Positions 20,167-29,606 of a stretch of DNA of 64,000 nucleotides are shown here, piece after piece (positions within the stretch are counted from its first letter, which is position 1; every line of letters begins with the position of its first letter). The stretch covers positions 7,227 through 71,226 of the forward strand of contig NZ_CAJTMN010000002.1 of NCBI RefSeq assembly GCF_910577125.1, read 5' to 3'. The notes beneath the pieces are model-generated. The model was given only the letters and a program-made list of their open reading frames with translations, had not been told where the DNA came from and made no database searches. A program made the position numbers and the translations under genes. Source of the stretch: an uncultured Rikenella sp. Lineage in GTDB: Bacteria > Bacteroidota > Bacteroidia > Bacteroidales > Rikenellaceae.

Positions 20167-21450
20167 TTACAACACGGCGTACTCGACCCGCAGCAGTCCG
20201 AGAAAATACGGCACATTATCGGCCGGCATATTCCCGTTGATCAGGGTGTAGACCTCGTATAGTTTCGAATGCTCGCCCAGCACACCGACCACCGGCAGAA
20301 TCGCATCGTTAAACGCCGTCCGGTGGCGGGCTTTCAGGAGATTCTCGATTTGATTTCCCCGATCGGTTTTCCCCTGTTTGCTTTCGAGCACATAAGTATG
20401 CAATTCCACAGCGAGTTCACGGGCAACTGTCCGCAAGTCTTCATTATTCAGCATAGCCAGTATCCAGGTTAAGTAGGTTTGAAAAGTGATTTTGTTCTGT
20501 TCGTCGTCCGGTTTGTATTTCAACGCCTTGCGGCCCTCCATAATCTCCCTCAGTCCTTTGGGTTCCATGGCCCGGATGCCGATGCTCCCCTGCTGACAGC
20601 ACCGTTCGAACCCCCAGGCCGTTCCGAAGAGGGCTTTCGCCTTTCGGGCCGACTCGATGCCGAACAGCCGGACGTATAAATCGATGGGGCGCACGATCTC
20701 CGGCAGTTCGAACGGGATAAATCCGATCGTCTCGTTGGTCTGTCCCGACTTCCAGATATATCCCATCAGCCGCTCCTGCGGGAAATGGCGGGCAATCTCC
20801 TGCAGAATATCCGCCCATCCCTCCGTTTCGAAGCCGACCGATACCCCTCCCGCCACCTTCTCGTGAGGCAGGAAATTATCGGTCGGATAGTCCGGATCGA
20901 ACTCCTCGCTGAAGCGATGCCGCACCCAGCAGCCGTTCCACGTCAAGGCCTTGTTTCCCTCGGCCCGCGAGACGCTGTTCAGCAGCTCCCGGTAATATTT
21001 CCACCCGTCGAAAACGGCAAGCAGAATCTCCGCCCGGTCGAACAGAATTGCCCAGCCGCCCGCCACACCGACACCCAACGCCGCCCCGATCCACGAGAGG
21101 TAGTAATCCTCCGGCTCCAGCGGCAGCACCATGTCGGTCACCTGTCCCGACGTCGTGCCCGTCATCCCTGCCGCCGGATAACCCAACGCCATACTGGCAT
21201 CCGCTTCCGTCTCCTCCCGGATCTTCCTGTGCAACTCGTCCAGCTTCTCTTTCCGCTGCGCGGCCGTGAAAGGCCGGTCTTTCTTCACCCCCTGCACAAA
21301 CGGCGAGTTGGTCGGCCACAACATATATTTCTCGTGGTCGAAAAAGAGCGGATGGAGCACCTCCGTAAAAAAGCGTTCCGCGTTGTAGTCCGTCCCCTCG
21401 CGGGCGTTGTACGCCTCCAGAAAGAGGCCTCCTATATACGATGTTATCAT
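20167..21450 (-). CDS. cas8: putative Cascade large subunit (Cas8-like, unclassified)
   Basis: 427-aa ORF between cas3 and cas7. No motif I can assign; the call is positional only. Confidence 0.45.
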   Translation of the reverse strand: MITSYIGGLFLEAYNAREGTDYNAERFFTEVLHPLFFDHEKYMLWPTNSPFVQGVKKDRPFTAAQRKEKLDELHRKIREETEADASMALGYPAAGMTGTTSGQVTDMVLPLEPEDYYLSWIGAALGVGVAGGWAILFDRAEILLAVFDGWKYYRELLNSVSRAEGNKALTWNGCWVRHRFSEEFDPDYPTDNFLPHEKVAGGVSVGFETEGWADILQEIARHFPQERLMGYIWKSGQTNETIGFIPFELPEIVRPIDLYVRLFGIESARKAKALFGTAWGFERCCQQGSIGIRAMEPKGLREIMEGRKALKYKPDDEQNKITFQTYLTWILAMLNNEDLRTVARELAVELHTYVLESKQGKTDRGNQIENLLKARHRTAFNDAILPVVGVLGEHSKLYEVYTLINGNMPADNVPYFLGLLRVEYAVL

Positions 21451-21459
21451 AATTCCAAA

Positions 21460-23120
21460 CTACAAAAAACGATTCGTCACATCCTCGAATTCCGGCCGGG
21501 CGAACTCGGACAAGAAACCCGTCTCCGGCGAATAAGCCCGATCCGGAACCACATACGGCTCGCTGCCACACTCCGGCAAACGGTTCAGGCCGCTATACCG
21601 CACCGTCCGGAAGGAGACCGGAATCTCCATCGCCAGCCGCTCCGCCGCCGACGCTGTCCGATACCGCCCGACATCACCCTCGACGATGCAGGCCACCGAA
21701 TCGACATTCAACTTCTCCCACAACACCGACTTCGCATGATGGATCAGCCCGCCGATGCACCACCGTCCGTCACGATAGGCCGCCAGAAAACCCAACTCCT
21801 CCGCCCGCGCCGGTATAGCCTCATAGAGCGCATCCAGCCTCTGCTGCACATCCCGCTCCCGAAAGAGGTCGCCGTCCGGCAACAGGTCGAAACTCCGCTC
21901 CAGCACAGCTTTGTCATAAGGCGCCGCATCCCGCACCCCGTCCGGAGGCGCCACCACATACACCGGCCGGAAGTTCCCCTGCGTTTCGGGCGTCCGCCGC
22001 CGGTTGATGCGTCCGAAACGCTGCACCAGCGCATCCAGCGGCGCACACTCGGTCACCATCACATCGAAACTGATGTCCAGACTGACCTCCACCACCTGCG
22101 TGGCCACCACGATACAGCCCTCGCCCGCCGGCAGCCGGTTCAGCTCCCCGACCAGCCTCTTTTCGAGTCCCGCCCGATCGCCCCGTTTAAAGCGGCTGTG
22201 AATCAGCATCACCGGCACCTCCGCCCCGTACTCCTCCGCCAGCCGGCTGTAAAGTTCCTGCGCCCGCGCCACCCGGTTGCAGACCGCCAGCACCTTTTCA
22301 CCCCGCTCCACCGCCTCCCGCACCACCGGCCCGGCCGCCTCCCAGTCCGCCAGTTTATAGACCCGGTGGCGGTCGAACGTATCCAGCACCTCCGCCGGCA
22401 ACCGCACCTCGCAAACCCGCTCCGGCCCACCCAGCAGAGCCAGCATCCGGTCATACAACGCCCGCGGCATCGTCGCCGTCCCCACATGCACACGACACCC
22501 GACCGAAAGCAGCACCTCTGCGATTTTCAGCACAATCGACTGGATTTCATCGCCGTACGTATGAATTTCATCCAAAATCACGTCACAACCCCGCAAATCG
22601 GCCAGCATCGCCTCGTATCCCTTGACTCCGAAGGCCACGGAAGCCATCTGGTGCGGCGTCATCACCTTGACCGCCGCTCCCGGATGCCGCTGCAGGATCC
22701 GTTCTTCCCACGCTCCGCCCTCGTCCCTCAGCATCGACGAGGCGTGCAACAGCCTCACGTCCGCTCCCGTTCCCTCCAGATCGTGCCGAATCCGATCGTA
22801 CATCGCATTGATCGAGGCCTGAAACGGCAGCGTATAGAAGACCCGTCCTCGACACCTGCGCAGCAGGAAATCGGTTTTGCCCGCCCCCGTAGGCGCCGTC
22901 ACCATTGTATGCGGCCTCGCATCCGCCGCATCCGTCAGGGAGAGCGGATACAGCTCGTTTCGCCGCGAAGCGTAATAGCTCAAATCCGGCACCCGGAAAA
23001 GCCGTCCGGCATCGATCCGCTCCGCCGCTCCCCCCTCCGCCAGCGCCGAGGCCATCCCGTCGGCCGCCATCAGAACGCCCCGCCAGAGCGACCACTCTTT
23101 CCGCCGCATCCGCTCCCGAC
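21460..23120 (-). pseudogene. cas3: cas3, 3' fragment: end of HD domain (motif V) plus SF2 helicase, cut off by prophage insertion
   Basis: ORF 21460-23109. LMAADGMASA (HD motif V), APTGAGKT (Walker A), ILDEIHTY (DEIH box), QRFGRINRR (motif VI). The frame stays open upstream to the CGAC junction at 23117-23120. Confidence 0.88.
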
Positions 23121-23237
23121 TAAGGGGGGAAAAACGAAAAGTACAAGGGGGAGGATAGAAGAAAAAGACAGTAATGACAAATATATAAGAGAGTTACAAG
23201 AGAGCAGCAGGCGATAGGTTGAATAAACGAAAAGTAT
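23121..23237 (+). repeat. prophage left end (attL) with two putative transposase-binding repeats
   Basis: Terminus is TAAGGGGGGAAAAACGAAAAGTAC. The ACGAAAAGTAC core lies at 23134-23144, and a second copy, ACGAAAAGTAT, at 23227-23237. The same core occurs inverted at the right end. Confidence 0.7.
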
Positions 23238-23698
23238 AATTCGGTATAATTTCAGTATCATTCAGGGCGGCAAAATGGCCGCCTTTTTTGTTGCTTATAT
23301 AACCGACATTCCTAAACTCATATCGAAAGTATGATTTTCTTTCAAAAAACGCGCGCCGCGGTGACATCATAATATACAGCAACCCCAATAGCGGCGCAAA
23401 ATAGCACTCTTTTTACCCCTCGCCTCCAACTCTGCCACAATGACAAAAACAAGGCTCCAAAACGGGCGATTTTATCGCCTCTTTACCACCCTTTGAAGCC
23501 CATTTGACACCCTGCCGATTCCAGTCCGATTTTTTCAAAAATTGGAGTTGGTATTGCAGATGCTATTGCAGTTGCTATTGCAAATTCGGTCAAAAATATA
23601 CCGACTGAAAGGGGGATAGTGCCGAAAAAGTAAAGCTAAAAGGGTGTTTCCGAGGGATAGGCAGGGGGATAATACCGTCTGTTTGACCGAGTGTAAGC

Positions 23699-23731
23699 AT
23701 AAAAATGCGACAAAGTATTGATATGTCGCAT
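23699..23731 (-). terminator. rho-independent terminator downstream of the repressor gene
   Basis: 8-bp stem ATGCGACA (23705-23712) / TGTCGCAT (23724-23731), followed on the minus strand by TTTTT. Confidence 0.5.
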
Positions 23732-23763
23732 TATAGCAGAATAAAACAGATGTGTGCGCCGGT

Positions 23764-24597
23764 TTAGCTGTCTTTTCCCACTTTTTGAACGAGTTTGCCG
23801 ACAACGGTCGAAAGGTCGGAAATCTGTTTTTTCATCGTCTGCATCTCGTTCGCCATGCCGATCGGATCGGACGGTTCGCCGAGCGTTCGTACCAAGAAGA
23901 GTTCGACTGCCCAAATGGCGAAAATCTCCTCTTCCGGCAGCGAGATCGGCTTGTATAGCCGCTGGTCGGCATTGTCGGACAGCAGGGTAATTGTACCGTT
24001 ATGATGCAGTTTGTTTTCGATCCTCTTAATGAACGTACTCCCCTCTCGATTCGTTACGACATAAATCTCCTGGTTGCGTACGTGTTCCCACTCGCTCTCG
24101 TGCAGCCGTCGCACAATAACCCGACTATTATTATAGAGAGTCGGCGACATGGAATCTCCTACGACCTTAATACACAGCCGATCGGCCCGTCCACGCAACA
24201 TTCCTTTCGGTAAATAAATCATTTGCGACCGGTCCATGTACTCCGCATTCGAAGCACCGAACCCCGCGGCAGCTTCCATTTCGACAACCGGGACAGCGGT
24301 ATGATCGTCCGAAGGTGGTTCCATTTGCACAGCTGTAGACTTCGGAATGAGCGTTGGTGCCGGTCCTTCGCTTTTTAACATTTCACCCTGGCCGGTAAAG
24401 AACCATTCGGGATTTACATCGGAATAATACGAGAGAAATTTAATCGTATTATCTTCAGACAAACCATTGGGTTGAGTCAAAATGCCGTTCGATATACCAC
24501 AAGTTTTATAACATTGGTATTTTGTAATACCCTTGTATTCAAGGTATTCCAAAATACGAGCTTTTAGAATCGAAAAATCTCTCTTATTTATTTGCAT
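23764..24597 (-). CDS. phage repressor, HTH + S24 (LexA/CI-like) autopeptidase domain
   Basis: 277-aa ORF. N-terminal HTH (ITKYQCYKTCGISNGILTQ) and C-terminal VVGDSMSPTL...FIKRI Ser/Lys dyad. Leftward orientation next to the left end, as for Mu c. Confidence 0.85.
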   Translation of the reverse strand: MQINKRDFSILKARILEYLEYKGITKYQCYKTCGISNGILTQPNGLSEDNTIKFLSYYSDVNPEWFFTGQGEMLKSEGPAPTLIPKSTAVQMEPPSDDHTAVPVVEMEAAAGFGASNAEYMDRSQMIYLPKGMLRGRADRLCIKVVGDSMSPTLYNNSRVIVRRLHESEWEHVRNQEIYVVTNREGSTFIKRIENKLHHNGTITLLSDNADQRLYKPISLPEEEIFAIWAVELFLVRTLGEPSDPIGMANEMQTMKKQISDLSTVVGKLVQKVGKDS

Positions 24598-24672
24598 GAT
24601 TGAAATATCTCTCGTAATATTGCATTCAGATTCCGCACCGGAACGGTGTAAAGATACTCAAATAATCAAACA
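24598..24672. promoter_or_regulatory. divergent early control region (repressor / early operon promoters and operators)
   Basis: 75-bp AT-rich spacer between the leftward repressor and the rightward early genes. Positional inference only. Confidence 0.4.
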
Positions 24673-24885
24673 ATGAAAGAAGCCAGACAACGAATCATTA
24701 TGCCGCTGGGCGGACGCCTTCGGTTGGCGCTCGATTTCGAGGTAACGCCGCGAATGGCTTACAAGGCCTTGAACTTCGAGGGGCATTCGGACTTAGCCAA
24801 ACGGCTGCGAGCGGCAGCCCTCGAACGGGGCGGACAATTGTACGAGGCAGTCTCTGTCTCCGAACAAACAGGAGCGATTAACTAA
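24673..24885 (+). CDS. small early protein, Ner/Cro-position regulator (tentative)
   Basis: 70-aa ORF, first gene of the rightward early operon. Position matches Mu ner. Confidence 0.45.
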   Translation: MKEARQRIIMPLGGRLRLALDFEVTPRMAYKALNFEGHSDLAKRLRAAALERGGQLYEAVSVSEQTGAIN

Positions 24886-24898
24886 ACACGATACAACG

Positions 24899-25099
24899 AT
24901 GAGACGGTATTATTTCGAGCTGCTGGATAACGAATATAACGATTTGGGGGCCTGCATCCCGGATGGAAGTAATAAACAGGCGGCTATCAATCGCGCCAGG
25001 CAGTGGATGAAAGATAACGGTGTTGCGAGTGCGCAACTGTCTGTCAATAGCATGCGAACGAGCAATCTACTGGATGTGATCGAAATCGAGCTCGATTGA
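24899..25099 (+). CDS. small acidic hypothetical early protein
   Basis: 66-aa ORF between the Ner-position gene and the transposase. No motifs. Confidence 0.45.
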   Translation: MRRYYFELLDNEYNDLGACIPDGSNKQAAINRARQWMKDNGVASAQLSVNSMRTSNLLDVIEIELD

Positions 25100-25170
25100 A
25101 TGAGAGGCATCCCGCCACGGCACAAGGCCGTCGCCCGGAGCGAGATCGGGGCGGGAACTACGAATAACTC

Positions 25171-27120
25171 ATGGAATATTTAGGTAACATACTCTGCATT
25201 ACAGGCGGCGAGCTGATCCTCTCGGATAAAAATCCGAACGGGGTGATGCCTGTCGGCACTTATACGGCACTGGCCCACCGTGGAAAAATGCGCGTTCTGC
25301 GCCGTGCCTGTTATGGCAGTCCGGCACTGGTGGAGTATGACAGTCTGCCGGTGCGCTACCGCGAGGCGTGGGAGGCCCGGCACGGAGACCCGCATGCCCG
25401 GAGGAAGTTTGCCCCGTTCGCCGAACGGTTGCGCGAGGATACCGAAGCCTACAACGTCTTCACGGCCTACACCTACGACGGCGGGCGGAAGCTCCCGGAC
25501 GAGGCGATTGTCAGTTACTGCAACGACGCGATGATTCTGAACGCCGTTCGGGAAACACTGGAAGTGATGACGGCGGCACGCAAGGCTGCCCGGCTGTCGA
25601 TGGCCGGGCGTTGGGAAAAGATACTGAAACTGGTGGACGGCATTCGGGCCGACTACCCGAACAACCTGCCGAAAACGGCCATCACCCTCAAACGAAAATA
25701 CCAGCGGTACCAGGCCGAAGGGTATACGGCCCTGATTCACGCCGGATTCGGCAACCGGAACCGCGCCAAGGTCAAAGACCGGGTAGATCGGGCTGTCCTG
25801 CTCGACATCCTCAGCCACGGCAACCAGCTGCCCGCCACCGTCGCGGCCGAGACCTACAACCTCTGGGCAGCCTCGCACCGAGCGCCGACCATCACCCCGC
25901 GAACGGTACTCAACTACATGACCGAACATGCCGTGGAGATCGATGTCTCGCGCCGCGGCTCCAAGGCGTGGGCCGACGAGTTCGACCCGATCGTGCACCG
26001 TATTCGGCCGACCGCTCCGCTGCTGTTGGTCAATTCGGACGACAACGACCTCGATCTCTACTTCAAAAACGGGCGGGACAACTACTATCGTTTCAAACTA
26101 TACGTCGTATTGGATGCCCACTGCGATTACATCCTGGGCTATGCGTTCGGCGACCAGGTGACCAACGAATTGATTCGGGAAGCCTACCGCAACGCTATGC
26201 GCCACATCCGCGAACTGACCGGCGGATACTACCTCTGGCACCAGACGGTGGCCGACCGTTGGGGGCTGAGGTCGGACAACCTGCTCGGCTTTTTCGAGTC
26301 GCTGGCCACGTTCACCCCACCGACCGCCGGACTGGCCCGTGCGAAAGTGATCGAACGGTCATTCGGCACCGAGTGGCACAACGCCCTGAAACATTACAAC
26401 AACTACGCGGGCCACAACATTACGGCACGCGAGAAACACAACAGCGATTTCGCACAGACCAATCTCAAACGGAGACCGTCGATCGCGGAGGCTCCGGCGC
26501 TGATCGCCCGATTCATCGCCTCGATGCGGACACTGGAATGGAAAGGGAGCGGCCGGTCACGCGAGCAAGTGTGGCTCGATGGTTTTCGAGCAATGGGGGC
26601 CGACCGGGCGAAACGGATCTCCGAAGAGGTCTATCTGCAACGCTTCGGCCATCGGCACGAGTACAAAAACACGGTGCGAAACAGCGGCATCACGGTGACG
26701 ATCGGCGAGATACGCCGCACGTACGACGTGCCGGAGACAATCTATCGGCAGGCGGTCGGCCGAAAAGTCCGGATCACGTACGACCCGGCAGACCTCTCGC
26801 GGGTGCTGGTCGAGGGCGACCGGTTACGTTTCATCGCCCCGGAGAACGTGCCGCTGCCGATGGCTCTGGCCGACATGCAGCCGGGCGATCGTGAACGACT
26901 GAACGCCGTGCTGGAGCGCAAAAAACGACTCCGCGACCAGAACCGGCAATCGCGCGAAGAGCGGCGCGCGCTCCTGGAACGGATCGGAACCGATGCGCAG
27001 AGCCTCTTGCAGGCCGGAGTAATGGTCAAGGAGGCCCGTTTCGGGGCATCGGAGATCGTCAATCGGCTGACACTGAACGACGACCATGTGGACGGAGGAT
27101 CGATCCGGAGAAAATATTAA
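25171..27120 (+). CDS. MuA-like DDE transposase
   Basis: 649-aa ORF. rve-type core with candidate D (LLLVNSDDNDLD), D (VVLDAHCDYILGY) and E (IERSFGTEWH). Followed by a MuB-like ATPase. Confidence 0.85.
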   Translation: MEYLGNILCITGGELILSDKNPNGVMPVGTYTALAHRGKMRVLRRACYGSPALVEYDSLPVRYREAWEARHGDPHARRKFAPFAERLREDTEAYNVFTAYTYDGGRKLPDEAIVSYCNDAMILNAVRETLEVMTAARKAARLSMAGRWEKILKLVDGIRADYPNNLPKTAITLKRKYQRYQAEGYTALIHAGFGNRNRAKVKDRVDRAVLLDILSHGNQLPATVAAETYNLWAASHRAPTITPRTVLNYMTEHAVEIDVSRRGSKAWADEFDPIVHRIRPTAPLLLVNSDDNDLDLYFKNGRDNYYRFKLYVVLDAHCDYILGYAFGDQVTNELIREAYRNAMRHIRELTGGYYLWHQTVADRWGLRSDNLLGFFESLATFTPPTAGLARAKVIERSFGTEWHNALKHYNNYAGHNITAREKHNSDFAQTNLKRRPSIAEAPALIARFIASMRTLEWKGSGRSREQVWLDGFRAMGADRAKRISEEVYLQRFGHRHEYKNTVRNSGITVTIGEIRRTYDVPETIYRQAVGRKVRITYDPADLSRVLVEGDRLRFIAPENVPLPMALADMQPGDRERLNAVLERKKRLRDQNRQSREERRALLERIGTDAQSLLQAGVMVKEARFGASEIVNRLTLNDDHVDGGSIRRKY

Positions 27121-27138
27121 TCAAAATCCAAATACACA

Positions 27139-28026
27139 ATGATGACGAAAGAACAGAAACAGGAGATTCGAGACCGCCTGGAACGTTATACGGAACAGGT
27201 CGGCGGACAGAACCAGGCGGCAGCTATCCTCGCCGGGGTGAGTGCCGGAACGATTTCCCAAATTCTGAACGGCAAATGGGAACGGATCGCCGAGAAAATG
27301 TGGCTGAACCTCAGTGGCCAACTGTGGGATTATGCCTCCGACACGAGTGGCGGCGAGGAGTGGCATGGCGTTTCGACACGGCCCTACAACGAGTTGATGA
27401 CCACGTTCGAGGATGCCCGGCGTAGGTCCATGGCGATGGCGATCGTTGCGGACGCCGGGACAGGCAAAAGCTACACCGCTCGACGCTATGCGGCCGAAAA
27501 CGGTAGCCTGGTATTCTGTGTAACCTGTAAGGAGGGGTGGAAACTCAAAGCCTTCCTGAAAGAGGTACTGCGGGTGCTTGGCAAGAGTTCGGCTGCGTCG
27601 GATAACGACAACGAGGCGATGTACGCCGTAGTGGTCGAGACGTTGCGACGGAAGGCTCGCCCGGCCCTGATAATCGACGAGGCCGACAAGCTGCACAACG
27701 AGGTATTCCTGAAATTTATCGATTTGTTCAACGACCTCGAAGACCGGTGTGCGTTGGTGCTGATGGCGACCGACTACCTGGAGATGCGGCTGACGAACGG
27801 AGCGAAACGAGGGTATCGCGGGTATCGCGAAATCTTCTCGCGGGTCGGGAACCGTTGCGTCCGCATCCACCGGGCCGATGCGGCAGACGTGCGGGCGATC
27901 TGTCAGGCAAACGGCATCACGGATGCGGCCGAGGTGGCGGAAATTACGAACGACGCGGAGGGCGATCTGCGTCGGGTGAAACGGTCGATCATAGCTCTCC
28001 AGTTAGACAATGGCGCGCGCGGTTAA
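27139..28026 (+). CDS. MuB-like AAA+ transposition ATPase
   Basis: 295-aa ORF. N-terminal HTH (AAAILAGVSAGTISQILNGKWE), Walker A ADAGTGKSY, Walker B LIIDEADKL. Confidence 0.8.
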   Translation: MMTKEQKQEIRDRLERYTEQVGGQNQAAAILAGVSAGTISQILNGKWERIAEKMWLNLSGQLWDYASDTSGGEEWHGVSTRPYNELMTTFEDARRRSMAMAIVADAGTGKSYTARRYAAENGSLVFCVTCKEGWKLKAFLKEVLRVLGKSSAASDNDNEAMYAVVVETLRRKARPALIIDEADKLHNEVFLKFIDLFNDLEDRCALVLMATDYLEMRLTNGAKRGYRGYREIFSRVGNRCVRIHRADAADVRAICQANGITDAAEVAEITNDAEGDLRRVKRSIIALQLDNGARG

Positions 28027-28621
28027 TATCGGACAACTGCTGACGATGCGGTTCCCGCGAATCCCCCTGGAGGGGAGGTGGCGGGAGCTGCTGGGGCAGC
28101 CCGAGCTGCGGGGCAGCATCCTGATCTGGGGCGACTCGGCGCAAGGCAAAACCTCGTTTGCGCTCCAGCTCGCCAAAGAACTCTCCAAGTATGAGTCTGT
28201 GTTGTACGACTCGCTGGAGGAGGGAATCTCCGAGTCGATACGGGCGGCGTGCGTGCGGGAGGGAATGGTCGAAGTCGGGAGTCGGGTTTTGCTGCTGGAC
28301 AACGAACCGATCGCCGAACTGACCGAACGGCTCGCAAGACCCAAAAGTCGGAATGTCGTCATCGTCGATTCGTTGCAGTATACGGGAATGACGTTCGAGG
28401 CCTACAAAGAGCTGCTCGAACGGTTTCCGAAAAAGCTCTTCGTCTTCGTCTCGCACGCCGACGGACGAGAACCGGCCGGACGAATCGCAACGCAGGTCAA
28501 GTTCAACGCCAATATCAAAATACGGGTTTCGGGTTTTACGGCCTACGCGATCAGTCGCTACGGCGGCGGAATGCCCTATACGATCAGCGACGAGATGGCT
28601 GCTCGAATCAATCCGGAATAA
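28010..28621 (+). CDS. RecA/KaiC-like P-loop ATPase
   Basis: 203-aa ORF. Walker A GDSAQGKTSF and Walker B-like VVIVDSLQ. Confidence 0.55.
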   Translation: MARAVNIGQLLTMRFPRIPLEGRWRELLGQPELRGSILIWGDSAQGKTSFALQLAKELSKYESVLYDSLEEGISESIRAACVREGMVEVGSRVLLLDNEPIAELTERLARPKSRNVVIVDSLQYTGMTFEAYKELLERFPKKLFVFVSHADGREPAGRIATQVKFNANIKIRVSGFTAYAISRYGGGMPYTISDEMAARINPE

Positions 28622-28635
28622 AATACGACACGACT

Positions 28636-28848
28636 ATGAAAACCTTAACAGAGATAGGTCGGGAACGATCGCGGTGTCTCGAACGACTACAAGACTACCG
28701 TCGGACGCTTCGGGAAAGCGGCGGATACATGAGCGACACACGGTTGGCGGGCTACAAGACAGCTGTCGCAGATTGCGAAGCACAGATCGCCGCCCTCGAC
28801 GAGGAAGCAAGCCGGAGAACATTTAACAACCTTTCAAACATGTTTTAA
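28636..28848 (+). CDS. hypothetical early protein
   Basis: In-frame ATG at 28636 (MKTLTEIGRERSR...) within ORF 28249-28848. Tightly packed with its neighbours. Confidence 0.45.
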   Translation: MKTLTEIGRERSRCLERLQDYRRTLRESGGYMSDTRLAGYKTAVADCEAQIAALDEEASRRTFNNLSNMF

Positions 28849-28850
28849 CG

Positions 28851-29243
28851 ATGAAAAAAGTAACAAAAGAACAGGCAGAGGCAGCCGTACAGACGGTGCG
28901 GCAGTTGAAAATCCAGGCCTCGGAACTGACCGGGCGTATCAAAGACGCGGAGGCGGTCGTCGAGGCTTACGGGCTCGAACACCTGGGCGAGTTCGCCGAC
29001 GGGCGGCTGGCTCTCGATTCGGGTATTATAGCCATCAAGGCGGGAACCGCGAAGCCGGTCAAAGAGGGCAAGCCGCTTTCGACGGCTGCCCGCGCAGAAC
29101 TGGCCGCAGCGCTGCCTGCGGCCTACGTCAAGGTGGCGTGCGACTTCGGCGTGCTCTTCCAAAGTCAGGACAAGGCCGTGCGCCAGATTCTCAAAGCTCG
29201 CGGAATCGAGATCGTCCGCGAAGACAAGTTCGCAGTAATCTAA
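28851..29243 (+). CDS. hypothetical early protein, possibly Gam-like host-nuclease inhibitor
   Basis: 130-aa ORF. N-terminal coiled coil and position after the transposition genes, as for Mu gam. Similarity is only impressionistic. Confidence 0.4.
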   Translation: MKKVTKEQAEAAVQTVRQLKIQASELTGRIKDAEAVVEAYGLEHLGEFADGRLALDSGIIAIKAGTAKPVKEGKPLSTAARAELAAALPAAYVKVACDFGVLFQSQDKAVRQILKARGIEIVREDKFAVI

Positions 29244-29417
29244 ATGAAAAGCACAACAACACGTCACGTAACCTGTATCCGACCGAAACAGGGATACGAT
29301 TTGGTGGTCAGCAACAAGATCGGTCGAAATACCCCGTGTCCTTGTGGCTCAGGAAAAAAAGCGAAACATTGCTGTGGAACGAAGACTAAATATTACTCCG
29401 CGAAAGCGGTTAAATGA
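29244..29417 (+). CDS. SEC-C metal-binding motif protein (57 aa)
   Basis: Below the ORF-track cutoff. My translation is [57 protein letters not shown]. [15 protein letters not shown] is the SecA C-terminal zinc motif. Confidence 0.6.
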   Translation: MKSTTTRHVTCIRPKQGYDLVVSNKIGRNTPCPCGSGKKAKHCCGTKTKYYSAKAVK

Positions 29418-29426
29418 GAACCAACC

Positions 29427-29606
29427 ATGAAGATCACAGCCATTTATCAAAAAGAGGGGGCGAATCCTTTCCTCGAACGCGAGGGCGATTACAAACGGGT
29501 AACAGGTCGCGTTCCGGCCGGTTACGACGTGGACGAGGTCGAACATTACGCCATAGCCGCGACGCCGATAGGTTACGTCTTTGTCGGCTTGGAGCGGGCG
29601 GAATAG
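29427..29606 (+). CDS. small hypothetical protein (59 aa)
   Basis: My translation is MKITAIYQKEGANPFLEREGDYKRVTGRVPAGYDVDEVEHYAIAATPIGYVFVGLERAE. Compact spacing. Confidence 0.4.
   Translation: MKITAIYQKEGANPFLEREGDYKRVTGRVPAGYDVDEVEHYAIAATPIGYVFVGLERAE

Noticed and set aside
23102-23106. CCGCC (also at 54674-54678) as an alternative 5-bp target-site duplication
   Set aside because: Joining cas3 at this repeat puts the helicase one nucleotide out of frame with the HD part. The CGAC junction restores the frame and places both phage termini 14 nt from the shared ACGAAAAGT core.
20785-23217. 810-aa plus-strand ORF across the cas8/cas3 region
   Set aside because: It lies antisense to well-supported cas genes and has Arg/Pro/His-rich low-complexity composition. 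Long open antisense frames are expected in high-GC DNA.
23265-23289. Hairpin GGGCGGC-AAAATG-GCCGCC followed by TTTTTT just inside the prophage left end, as a functional terminator
   Set aside because: It is oriented for plus-strand transcripts entering from the host side, where no plus-strand gene is evident. Its function is unclear, so it is not listed as a feature.
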